Positions 1 through 10,789 of a DNA stretch of 64,000 bases are shown here, one piece after another (position 1 is the first letter of the stretch; each line of letters starts with the position of its first letter). Below the pieces are notes generated by a model that was given only the letters and a program-made list of their open reading frames with translations, was not told the DNA's origin and ran no database searches. The stretch is from contig NC_088858.1 in NCBI RefSeq assembly GCF_963853765.1, positions 50,654,001 through 50,718,000 of the forward strand, read 5' to 3'. This DNA is from Magallana gigas. Taxonomy: Eukaryota. Position numbers and translations under genes: made by a program.

Positions 1-115
1 TGGTACGCCACTTTTGAAAATTGAAAATTAATTATTAAATTAGGTGTAAATCAGTGATTAATTTTCTTTCTTTTACCTTTAAAAGGGAGCAGTTCTCCAG
101 AGACCATGGGAAGGC

Positions 116-2393
116 TCATGAAGGAGCTGGATTCAGTCCATACAAAGCGTTCCAACATTGGACACACTTACCTGACTTTAGAGAGGGCTTGGTACATATG
201 CGGTGACTCCACCTCTTACACACCTCACACTCAACCCAAACAATCTTTCGAGACTTTCCAGGAGCATTGTAATCACCACATATGCAACAAGTGACTTCAT
301 TGTCAGACTCCTCAACGAAGCCCATGGATTCGTCAGAGTCAGAGTCATTTTCGTCATCACCAGAATCTGTGTCCATGTCACTGTCACTGTCTTCCGAGTC
401 CGTCAAGTCTATGACCACAGGAGCAACCTCCTCATCCTGGACTCCGTCGAGTTTCCACAGTTTTTCTTCGACCTCTCTTATCACGTGACTCTCTACCTTA
501 CGCCACTTCTCAACCCCATAAGTTGATCTAGCCTGATTAAAGAGTTCCTTCACTTTATCTTTCTTAAATGTGGAATTGCTCCTGGCGACGAAACTTTTTA
601 ATTCAGCCCAGACCAACTCAATAGGATTAAGCTCACAGTGATAGGGAGGTAGACGCAAAACTGTGTGACCTGCCTTTGAAGCCAAATCGTCTATAACATA
701 TTTAGGACGAGGCTTATGTTGCTTCACCAATGTGATCAATTCAGCCTTGATCATTCCCGGGGCGTAATGGATACCCTTTCTATCAAGCCAAGACTGGATC
801 TCGGCCTTCGGTGTCGACGAAGTCGGACACTTAGACTCAGGATCCAGATGACTGTGATAGGAAGCATTATCCATCACTATGACTGAATTAGCCGGTAGGT
901 TAGGGAGCAACTGCTCAGTGAACCACTTCGTAAAGTTTTCCGAGTTCATCTCATCATGATAATCCTGGTTGCCTGTTTTCGACTCGAAAATGAGAGCAGA
1001 TCCCGGGATCATGCCCACAGCCGAAGAACCTGCATCCACAATTATCAGACGAGAGCCTTTCCCAGATGGGACAAAACGCCCATGACCTCCACGATGTGAC
1101 TCAAAGGCAGAGGTAGATGTCCTAGAACAGTCCACCCAATCTCCCCTTGCTACATGATTGGTGTTCAACCAAGTCTCATCCAAATACACAATAGGACGAC
1201 CCTCCTCTCTAAACTTCCTAATGGACCTCAGGTAAGTATGTCGCATACTTACGATGTCATTCCGATCTCCAATGTAGCGTTGGTTGGAACCTGCTTTGTA
1301 GAACCTGAAAAAATGGATATCATGTTGTTATGCACCTATCATTTTTCATCACATAATTTTATTTTGGTTTGAATGTTTTATTGTCATTGGTCTTTGTCCA
1401 TCATAGTCTGTTAAAATTTTACATTTTTAACATCATCTTAAGTACAAGATATATTGTCAATTTGCCATGTTAGGATGTAGACACCAATAATGAAGCTTTA
1501 AATGCAACCATGACACTCACTGACAGGTCCATCTATGGGCTATGGTATTCCAGGACCGTCATGACCTGTGAGGCATGTTTAATTGGCCATGATATGCTTT
1601 AGTAAAGTCTACCTGTAATTTTTATTTTTTCAGATCTACAGTGCATATGACTCTTCAGTTTTACGTCATGACAAAGTAATTTGTCTTAATGTGCTTACCT
1701 GAACCCAAGATCCTTCACGAGTCTCCCCAATGAAGACTTGAAGAGCCTGACTCCCTTTTCTACCAGAACATCCGACAGTTGGCGCAATGAAACGTACTGG
1801 CCCTTCAACTGCATGTCATGGATGGTCCTCTTCACCAGGTCTGCATCGAAGTCATCCAGCTTCCTATCGGGTCCAGGTTTCTTCTTTGGAGCAGGGACTT
1901 GCAAATCCTCCACCACCATATCAACTGGGTCTTGCATAACTTTTCTCTTTAGAGTATTCTCAGATATTCCTATAGATGTAAAAACAGATTTTATTAAATA
2001 TGTATTTACTAGTACATGTACGATGTAAACAAAACATTTGTGTTGCATGGATTAATACAAATTCATGCTAACAATTTTATAAATTTAGGTCTCTAAGCTA
2101 AGTCACTCAGAGAACCTACTGGCTTGCTATCTGTGAATGTAAGTTGTCATCCATGGTGCTTTGTGCCAATGTTGAATTTAATTTTCATCATTTGTTTTAG
2201 GAAAAAAATGCATCCAAAGTATCAAAAAGGATATCGATTTTTAAAAGGAATTTAATGAGTTTTCTATTTACAAAGACTTATTTTTACCTGTTGCGAGTGA
2301 GAGTCTTTTCAAAGGGTTTTTGATATTCTTCACCCTCCCCTGCTTGCATTCCATGGTAAAATGCTCAAATATCTTCTTTAAAAGATCTGTAGG
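116..2393 (-). CDS. Spliced IS630/Tc1/mariner-superfamily transposase (DD83E, Sailor-like) with acidic linker and C-terminal PHD finger; exons 2393-2288, 1969-1699, 1304-116; 5' end uncertain
   Basis: Three track ORFs join in frame through GT-AG introns (ACAG|gtaaaa..ctatag|GA; TTCAG|gtaagc..tttcag|G), giving ~521 aa (508 aa from the ATG at 2354). Catalytic motifs VYLDETW, VIVMDNASYH and LPPYHCELNPIELVW; 83 residues between the second D and the E. C-terminal C4HC3 pattern CCIC..CEVC..H..C..CVQC after a D/E/S-rich tract. Element termini not found. Confidence 0.85.
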
Positions 2394-2496
2394 CTGTAGA
2401 AAAGAACATGCATGTTTTAGATTAAGAACACTAGAATCATTGCATAGGTGTTGGAAGCAGGGGGCTGGGGGCTTTTGCAAAGTTAGTCCTAACCAT

Positions 2497-2855
2497 TAGG
2501 CATATAGCATCAGGGAGGGGCCACCCCCCCCCCCCCATTCAGGGAGGGGCCAACCCCCCCCCCCCCACCCCCACTTCTTCTCGCAGCAAGCATAATTGTT
2601 CATAAATTTAAATATCAAATAAAATATCAAAAGTGATATTGAAAATTGGACCCACGGATTAGGAATTTTTCATGATTCTGGAGAAAAAAAATTTTTGGTA
2701 GGTAAGATTCTTTTTTGGAGTAATAGTTATACCCCTCCCAAACGGATTAGAATTTTCATGATTTTGGGAATTAGGTTTTTTTTTGCTTGTCAGATTTCTG
2801 ATGATTAGTCTAGCCCCCCCCCCCCCCCACTTTCAATTTGCTTCCGACGCCACTG
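2497..2855. mobile_element. Short non-autonomous repeat with poly-C/G tracts, ending ...TTTCAATTTGCTTCCGACGCCACTG
   Basis: Its last ~70 bp are homologous to the small element in every tandem unit (e.g. 38204-38363); both begin (T)AGGCATA; C-runs at 2524-2570 and 2813-2828. Confidence 0.5.
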
Positions 2856-3766
2856 TATTCATTTGATTCAATACCTAATCATGTATAAAATTAACCTACA
2901 GAAAAGCAAAAAACATCGAATTCTATTGAGCATTTTAATGATGTCAAATTCATTACTGCACACGCTTTAAGATTGCATGATTTTAACATTAAACATGAAA
3001 CACACTGTTATCTTCATATATCTGAATCGGATCAATTTGCCTTTTTCAAACATAGATATACCGGTAAGTAATAAACAGCTATGTTAAAAAGTTCACAGTG
3101 ATACTAGGAACTTGGTTGGCACCCCAGACCTTGAAAGTGAAAATAAAAATCCTTGCCAATTTAACCTTTTTAAAATTTTGTTCTATAGGTTAAGCTTACT
3201 TTTTTTTTAAACTGTCCCCAAAAATGTGTGGGGGGAGGGGTATCTTTATTTTAAATTTATTTTAAAATATGTCAAATTGCATTGTTCATTTTGAGAAAAA
3301 TGCTCCATGGTGTATACCTGTTTATAGTATTCCAGTTTATTCTATTCATTACAAATTAAATTTTGCAGGACACGTATCTTATGTTTGTTGAAAATATATT
3401 CAGTCTGACTCTCAATATGATAGTACACCTGAATATACACTCAAAAACCAAAGAATATCAGTTTTTCTTTTTTTCCCTTTACTATTTTAAAGTATTTTTC
3501 ATGGAAAACAGATGTTGGCACTTGCAATTTTTCTAATATGTGAACATTTTGATTTATGATGAATATTATTCAATGATTGCTCATTTTTAATATGTTTTTA
3601 AATTTCAAACCCTTCATTGAAATAAAATTTTAAAGCTGTTATTTCCCTTGCAGTTTGTTTATGCAAATTAACTGATCTGATTAAAGAATGCTTTTTGCAC
3701 ATTAATGTAATTATCTTATATATATCAAGATCAAGATGTATATATAGCATTTATACACAGGTACCT

Positions 3767-3905
3767 TGTTACATATTCGCCCTAGCACTATAACACATGG
3801 ATCACAACAGAGGCTGCCATCTTGAAACTACTTTATTATTATGTATTAATGCGCATGACATAAACAACATATAGAACCGAGCATGTAAACATTCCGGATA
3901 TAACA
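3767..3905 (-). repeat. 3' LTR of gypsy element
   Basis: TGTTACATATTCGCC...GGATATAACA; direct repeat of 8432-8570 with one A/G difference. Confidence 0.97.
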
Positions 3906-3919
3906 TCTTCTCCCTCCTT
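3906..3919 (-). promoter_or_regulatory. Polypurine tract
   Basis: AAGGAGGGAGAAGA on the minus strand directly abutting the 3' LTR. Confidence 0.85.
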
Positions 3920-4247
3920 AAGAATGATGTACATACCTGTTTCATTATACAATATTACTTATGCTAACTGTCAGATATTGTTGGTTGTCTGTGTTTATTG
4001 TTATTGCATAGCAAGTTCTCAAGAATTTTCCTTTTTATATATATAAACAAAGGTTTACTATAATACACATGCATTACGACCTTAGCATGTAAATAAAGAT
4101 ACATACAAAATACAAACATTCTTGACTAGGATTAATTGCAATGAAACCTCTTGGTTCCTGTAAGTTGCACAGGGGATTATTATGCCCCAAAACACAGTAC
4201 AACTGAAAACTTAAACTAGATAACAAATTGGTTGGGGTTTCGTTGAG

Positions 4248-7200
4248 TTACTTGGAGTATACATAATCTTCCAGGATTTTTGGTTGACGGGTACGTAACG
4301 GGTAACGTCTCTCGGACTGGATGGGTGCTGTTGATTTCAGCGGTGTAGACAGACTAGACTCCATGTTTTTCGCAATAGTAGGTTTAACCAACGGAGTTGA
4401 TCTCCTCGCACTGTCCGATAAAACCGACGGTAAAGATCTGCTGTTCGGCGTCTTTAACTTCTCTGCCCAATTGTCCATTGAAACTGAACTTGAAACACTC
4501 GGCTCAGGTATCTCGACATCTGGTAACATGATTGGAATCTGTGATGTTACAATCTGATCTGCATGCCTCCTCCACTGTGTTGAAGGGTCCACTTGCACAC
4601 GATAGGAAACAGGTCCAGTTCTTTGAGCAATCATTCCCGGAATCCATTTATCCTTCCCACGATAATCACGCATCATTACCGACTGTCCTGGTTCAAATTC
4701 TCTGTTCTGTGTAGTTCTCTGTAAACACATTTCTTCTTGCTTCTGCTTGACATGTAACTCTGTGTTTGGCCTCAAAAGATCCATTTTCGTTCTCAACTCC
4801 CTCCCCATCATGAGCTTTGCTGGTGTTTCATTTGTTGTTGCATGTGCAGTATTTCTATACGCCAACAAGAAATTTGCCAGTTTTCTTTCAATGCTCCCTG
4901 CATCATTCTTACTGCATTTCATGGCTTGCTTGAAAGTTTGGACAAAACGCTCTGCAAGTCCATTACTAGATGGGTGGTACGGTGATGTCTTGATGTGCTT
5001 TATGCCGTTAGCATTCAAGAACTCTTCAAATTCTCTTGAGGTAAATTGTGGGCCATTGTCACTCACAATTGTTACTGGAAGTCCATTTCTGGAGAAAATG
5101 GTTCTCAGAACATCAATAGTACGTGTTGATGTGGTTGTGCTCATTTTCACCACCTCTGGCCACTTTGAATTTGAATCCACCATTATAAGAAACATATATC
5201 CTAAAAACGGTCCTGCAAAATCTATGTGAATTCGCTCCCATGGCTTGGTTGGCCACTCCCAAGCATTCAATGGTGCTCCCTTAGGCGAATTCTGGTTTTG
5301 TTGACATCCATTACATCTTTTGGCGATAGTTTCAATGTCCTGGTCAATTCCTGGCCACCAACAGAAACTCCTAGCAAGTGTTTTCATTTTGACCACTCCT
5401 AGATGTCCTTCATGTATCTGTGAAATCACCAAGTTGCGGAGTTTGGTAGGTATAATGACTCTTACTCCCCACATGATACAGCCATGGTGAATAGATAGTT
5501 CACTTCGTCGTGAGTAGTATGGTGCTAACTCTCCATCTTTGTCAGTAGAAGTCCAATCACTGTTAATGCACGACATGACACGACCTAGAACTAAGTCTTT
5601 ACGAGTTTCGTTTTGAATGTTTTTGCTAGAAACTGGTAGAGTTTCAATCTGTCCAAGATAAAAAGCGTCCACCATATCTATGGTTACATCAGACTCTGTG
5701 CTTTTCAGTGGTAAGCGTGACATGGAATCTGCATTCGCATGCTTAGAAGTTTTACGGAATCCAATTTCGTAGTCATAAGCAGACAAGAAGAGAGAATAGC
5801 GCTGTAATCTTGAAGATGCTGTAACTGGGACTCCTCTCTGAGGACTGAAAATGTGTATCAAGGGCTGATGGTCGGTGATCAACTTGAATTTCCTACCAAA
5901 CAAGTACGAATGGAATTTCTTGATCCCCCATATGATTCCCAAGGCTTCTTTATCAATCTGAGAATAGTTTTTCTCCGCTGGTGCTAATGTGCGAGAGGCG
6001 AATGCGATTGGTCTCTCTGTTCCATCAGGTAGCTCATGAGAAATAACTGCACCGAGTCCATAAGGTGATGCATCACATGCCAGGGAAATAGGCAATTCAG
6101 GGCTATAATGTGTAAGTACCAGATCTGATGCTACTAAGTCCTTCACCTTGTTGAATGATTCTTCACAGGATTCTGTCCAATTCCAATGGCTGTCTTTTCG
6201 CAACAAGTTATGCAACGGTCCAAGCACTGTTGCCAGGTCAGGTAAGAATTTACCATAATAGTTCACTAAACCTAAGAACGATCTTAGTTGAGAGACATTA
6301 CATGGGGAAGGTGCTTTAACTATGGCATCAATCTTCTCTGGTGTCTTGTGTAGACCATTTCTATCAATCACATGTCCACAAAAGGTAATGCTTTCCTTGA
6401 AGAATTCGCACTTCTCTAGATTTGCTCTCAGTCCATATTGGCTCAATCGTTTCAGTACCATGTCCAAATTCTTGAGATGTTCTTCATTACTCTTGCCGGT
6501 TATAACCATGTCGTCTAACATACACTGAGTTCCAGGGACTCCTTGTAATACTTGCTCAATGGTCCTCTGCCAAATAGCAGGCGCTGACGCTATGCCAAAG
6601 GCCATGCGATTATAACGATATAATCCCTTATGTGTGCTAATGGTAAGTAGCTCCTTGCACGATTCATCCAGTGGAAGTTGCAAGTATGCTTGCTTCAAAT
6701 CGATCTTGGAGAAATGCGTTCCACCATTTAGGTTGGCGAAGATGTCATCAATTTTAGGTAATGGATACTGATCAACATTGAGTAGTGGGTTAAGCGTAAC
6801 CTTAAAATCGCCACATATTCTGATGCTTCCATTCTTCTTTAGAACAGGCACAATTGGAGTTGCCCAATCACTATGCTGTACTTTGGTCAGAGTTCCTTCC
6901 GCTTCTAATCTCTGGAGTTCTTCTTCCACCTTTGTTCGTAAGGAAAAAGGAACAGTCCTGGCCTTGACATATTTTGGTTTGTTTTCTCTGAGTGTCAGTT
7001 TTGCTGTAATGCCCTTCACAGTTCCAACTTCATCAACGAAGACATCTTTATATTTGTCTATAATTTCACTTACGCTGGTAGGCTTCACAGTGCTAATAGC
7101 ATGCGTGTCCTTAATCAATCTCCAGTCAAGTTGAATTTTTCTCAGCCAATCCCTGCCAAGAAGAGCTGGTCCTCCCTTTTCAACTATGTATAATGGCAAT

Positions 7201-8342
7201 GTCTGTTTAGTGCCACCGTATTCCACTTCCACGTCCATATAACCCACTGGCTTGATGTGTTCTCCCGAGTACGTGCGTAGAGTGATGTCTGCAGTTTTTA
7301 ACTTCAGATCTCTGAACTTCCTCCTGAATTCTTCCTCCGCCATGACCGAAATAGCTGAACCAGTGTCCAATTCCATTTTCATCCTCATTCCATTTATTTT
7401 CAGATGGATCCATATGATGTCCGCACTTGTTAAATTGTTTAGTTCTAAACTAGCTATATAGTTGTCATCACTCACATCCTGAGGGTCATTTTCAACATAA
7501 TGAACAGGTTTTCTTCTTTCATGTTTTCCAGATGTAGGCATTTGAGGTTTTGAAGTTTTACACGCTTTCTTTATGTGTCCCGTATTATGACAGTTGTGGC
7601 ACTCAGCATTCCTGAATTTACAGTCCTTTGCTACGTGGCCACTTCCATTACAACGATAACACCGTGCTCCTCCTGACCGACAGTCTTTCGCTATATGTCC
7701 TTTCTCACCACACCGATAACACTGTACTTCATTTTTCCTGTCGTTTCCTCTGGAACGTCTATTCTTCACATGCAGTCTGTTCACGGCTCCTGTATCTGTC
7801 CGATTCCTAGCCTGTACTAATTCTGTTGCATCCTTAGCTGCCGCCTCCATTGCCACACTGATCTCCATAGCTTTTTCAAATGTCAAGTCTTTCTCTGACA
7901 GCAAGCGCTTTTGAATGTGAGGGTGTCTTATACCACATACCACTCTATCCCTCAACTTTTCATTTAGCGAAGCATTAAAATCACAATAAATCGAGAGTTT
8001 CTTTAACTGAGCTACATACTCCGTTATTGTTTCTCCTTCCTTCTGGTCTCTTTTATCGAAACGGAAGCGTTCTGCTGTTTTGATGGGCTTAGGGGACAAA
8101 TGGCTGTTGAGTAATGTCACCAAGTCCTGATAAGTCTTCTCAGCTGGTTTATCAGGAAAAGTCAAGTCCCGCAGGAGAGAATATAATCGTCCACCGATGA
8201 GACATAATAAAGACGGTACCTTTTTTCCAGGATCTATCTCATTCACTGTAAAGTACTGCTCAAATCGTTCGACGTACGATTCCCACGGTTCGATAGTCTC
8301 GTCAAATGGGTCAATCTTTCCAATTAAACCAAACGCCGCCAT
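4248..8342 (-). CDS. gag-pol: Gag-Pol polyprotein (3 CCHC knuckles, aspartic protease, RT, RNase H, integrase), 1364 aa from the ATG at 8342
   Basis: CX2CX4HX4C three times; protease ELDTGSAIS; RT with KIDLKQAYLQL, FGIASAP and MLDD; RNase H CDASPYGLGAV; integrase HEGH..CNGC, HIDFAGP, SDNGPQF and SNGLAER. Order PR-RT-RH-INT is the gypsy order. Confidence 0.96.
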   Translation of the reverse strand: MAAFGLIGKIDPFDETIEPWESYVERFEQYFTVNEIDPGKKVPSLLCLIGGRLYSLLRDLTFPDKPAEKTYQDLVTLLNSHLSPKPIKTAERFRFDKRDQKEGETITEYVAQLKKLSIYCDFNASLNEKLRDRVVCGIRHPHIQKRLLSEKDLTFEKAMEISVAMEAAAKDATELVQARNRTDTGAVNRLHVKNRRSRGNDRKNEVQCYRCGEKGHIAKDCRSGGARCYRCNGSGHVAKDCKFRNAECHNCHNTGHIKKACKTSKPQMPTSGKHERRKPVHYVENDPQDVSDDNYIASLELNNLTSADIIWIHLKINGMRMKMELDTGSAISVMAEEEFRRKFRDLKLKTADITLRTYSGEHIKPVGYMDVEVEYGGTKQTLPLYIVEKGGPALLGRDWLRKIQLDWRLIKDTHAISTVKPTSVSEIIDKYKDVFVDEVGTVKGITAKLTLRENKPKYVKARTVPFSLRTKVEEELQRLEAEGTLTKVQHSDWATPIVPVLKKNGSIRICGDFKVTLNPLLNVDQYPLPKIDDIFANLNGGTHFSKIDLKQAYLQLPLDESCKELLTISTHKGLYRYNRMAFGIASAPAIWQRTIEQVLQGVPGTQCMLDDMVITGKSNEEHLKNLDMVLKRLSQYGLRANLEKCEFFKESITFCGHVIDRNGLHKTPEKIDAIVKAPSPCNVSQLRSFLGLVNYYGKFLPDLATVLGPLHNLLRKDSHWNWTESCEESFNKVKDLVASDLVLTHYSPELPISLACDASPYGLGAVISHELPDGTERPIAFASRTLAPAEKNYSQIDKEALGIIWGIKKFHSYLFGRKFKLITDHQPLIHIFSPQRGVPVTASSRLQRYSLFLSAYDYEIGFRKTSKHANADSMSRLPLKSTESDVTIDMVDAFYLGQIETLPVSSKNIQNETRKDLVLGRVMSCINSDWTSTDKDGELAPYYSRRSELSIHHGCIMWGVRVIIPTKLRNLVISQIHEGHLGVVKMKTLARSFCWWPGIDQDIETIAKRCNGCQQNQNSPKGAPLNAWEWPTKPWERIHIDFAGPFLGYMFLIMVDSNSKWPEVVKMSTTTSTRTIDVLRTIFSRNGLPVTIVSDNGPQFTSREFEEFLNANGIKHIKTSPYHPSSNGLAERFVQTFKQAMKCSKNDAGSIERKLANFLLAYRNTAHATTNETPAKLMMGRELRTKMDLLRPNTELHVKQKQEEMCLQRTTQNREFEPGQSVMMRDYRGKDKWIPGMIAQRTGPVSYRVQVDPSTQWRRHADQIVTSQIPIMLPDVEIPEPSVSSSVSMDNWAEKLKTPNSRSLPSVLSDSARRSTPLVKPTIAKNMESSLSTPLKSTAPIQSERRYPLRTRQPKILEDYVYSK

Positions 8343-8415
8343 TACCACAGATCCAAAATATAATGGGACGGGTTAGAAACAGACAATTTGGAATAATTTG
8401 AGGTTACCGGAGTTT

Positions 8416-8428
8416 ATCCTCGTCGCCA
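8416..8428 (-). promoter_or_regulatory. Primer binding site, complementary to the tRNA-Ser(GCU) 3' end
   Basis: TGGCGACGAGGAT lies 3 nt inside the 5' LTR and matches the recalled metazoan tRNA-Ser(GCT) 3' end ATCCTCGTCG+CCA. Confidence 0.8.
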
Positions 8429-8431
8429 ATA

Positions 8432-8570
8432 TGTTACATATTCGCCCTAGCACTATAACACATGGATCACAACAGAGGCTGCCATCTTGGAACTACTTTA
8501 TTATTATGTATTAATGCGCATGACATAAACAACATATAGAACCGAGCATGTAAACATTCCGGATATAACA
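8432..8570 (-). repeat. 5' LTR of gypsy element
   Basis: Direct repeat of 3767-3905, followed by TACCT. Confidence 0.97.
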
Positions 8571-9530
8571 TACCTGATATTTTTTTTTGAATATTTTTTA
8601 CAAGAAAATAAGTCCGTGTACTGGTACTATATTAAACAAAATAATTCCATGTACATAATACATGTAATTATATTAATTATAGAACATGGACAAGTACATG
8701 GAATTATTTTATTATAAAAATGTAAAAAAAAAAAAAAAAACCTCAGGCGCCTGTGCATTTAAATTGTTTGTCCATTCACAACTTAATGTAGCATAATTTT
8801 GATCATTATAAGTTGTGAATAGCTCATATTGTTAAAACATTTGAAGTGATTTTCAAGAACAATGCATGTAATATGAATATAACTTTGTCCATTCACAACT
8901 TGTATTTTACACCCCCATACACCTTTTTTAAGAAATCCAAAATATTTCCATGTTATTGAAAGTTGTGAATGGCTCATGATATATCAGATTTACAAAAATG
9001 ACTTCACTGTATTCTTTATGTATACGGATTTAATTAATTGGGGTCTTAAATGACATGGTACCTGTTGGTATTTATACAAAGGTCATGGTCAAATTTTCGT
9101 GACATCATACAAAGCAGACAGCAAAAAAAACGTTGAGGATGTAACTTGAAATTCAAATCTTGCAGTGTTATGTCCAGGTGGTGATATATGGTCTTGCTTT
9201 TGGATTGCTATGGACGTTTAAAATATGATAATTGTGTTGTTCTTCTGAGGATAAGGAATAGTTTCAACGATGATTTCAAGGTAGGCCTATGTGTTTTCAA
9301 AATACTGTATTAATCTCACAGAAATAATGGAGAAATAAAACATTTGGATGGAAGATTTTACCGTTAAACGGTTTCAAATTACGCTACGTTGATATCATTA
9401 ACGTGTATACTGTACAATAAATAGAAACAATGAAGTCCTTTTTGCAATAAAATCGGAAAAACTCGAGTTGCAAGAAAAAAATTTACCTCCATACACTTGA
9501 CTGTCTTCCCACCCTTAATCATAGGCATCT

Positions 9531-9550
9531 TTCTTCTTCTTCTTCTTCTT
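9531..9550. repeat. (TTC)n microsatellite
   Basis: Directly visible short trinucleotide run. Confidence 0.8.
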
Positions 9551-10789
9551 GTTTTTAAGGTTTTTTTTTTAAGTCAAAAGCAGACTATATTAGGCCTATA
9601 TTTTTGGTTATTCTCGGAGCAGATGTGTTAAATTAAACGGCAAGTACAGAAACTTTCCGAACGTAAGCGTGAACGCGATCAACGTGCGCGACGTTACATA
9701 CGTCACAAACGTAAAATTACGTATAGACACGAACTTATGTGAATAATGACAGGCCCCTGCCGAAGTGGTAGCCATTTTCTCCAATGTTAAATTCCCGTAA
9801 GGATCGAATTTTTGGCTGTGTAGGTTAACTGTTAGACTTTGAAAAACTATGAATATAGCAGATGTCTTGGAAATTTTTCATATTATTGAATGGATATCTT
9901 TTTAACTCAGTGATATGTATAAATATCGAGTAATCGTGCAAAATCTGCATCCAAAAAATCTTGGGACAGACTTTAATTGATTTTTTTTAAAAGTAACCAT
10001 AGACTGCCGGTCCAGGGTATCTGACCACGATTAACGACGAACTCGTCCTACACTTTTTGCCATGACGTTAATATTTCATAAGTTGAAATCATGTTCTTGG
10101 ATACTCCGTTGTGGAAAATTCTATCCAACGCTCTTACCAGAGGTCGTGCTTTGCATTCATCTATCCATCAAAACTAAAATCGCGCATTCAAGAAACAAAT
10201 TACCTTATATTATTTATTTAACATTTGTCAAAACTTAACTTCTATGCATATGATCAGTAAGTCAGTAAGTGTTCATCATCCAAAAAAATTTGCAAGCAAA
10301 AAGAAAAAAAACCAGTAATTTTTTTTTAAAGTGGAGGGGGCAAATCCATGATAAGTCGATTTTCTATGTGTAAATTGGAAGAAAAAAATGAAATATTATT
10401 TTTTTCAACATGGGGGGAGCTCTATGATGAGTCAAGTTTTATATGTAGGTTTAAGAAAAAATGTCTTCTGCAAAAAAAGGGGGATGAACTGACATTACAA
10501 TCACTTTAAAAGAGGAGATACAGTGCAATGAATATTTATATATTAAAATCTTTATTATTCAACAACATTGTATCTGAGATTAAACTACTGTTCTACTTAT
10601 AAATAAATAAATTATAAAAAATCTTATAAACTATGAATAATGAAAATTTACTGAAAAATAGATATGTTTTATTTTTTTGCATTCAAATTTTACGTTGTTA
10701 ATTTTATTTTTATTGATTTATTATAATTCATTGTTTGATCACATGCTGTGCTCGCCCCAACGGTCCCACCGTAAAACAGATTATGTCTT

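Larger units (their letters stand above)
3767..8570 (-). mobile_element. Full-length Ty3/gypsy LTR retrotransposon (Mag-like), apparently intact
   Basis: Two 139-bp TG...CA LTRs differing at one base; 5-bp target duplication TACCT (3762-3766, 8571-8575); PBS, PPT and a single uninterrupted gag-pol ORF. Confidence 0.97.

Noticed and set aside
1-30. TGGTACGCCACTTTT as a terminus of the Sailor-like element
   Set aside because: Truncated by the window edge; no matching inverted copy found upstream of the gene.
4321-7810. Plus-strand ORFs within the gypsy element
   Set aside because: Antisense shadows of gag-pol.
9000-10250. CpG-richer, promoter-like stretch with several donor-like sites
   Set aside because: No ORF, repeat ends or homology within the window to anchor a call.
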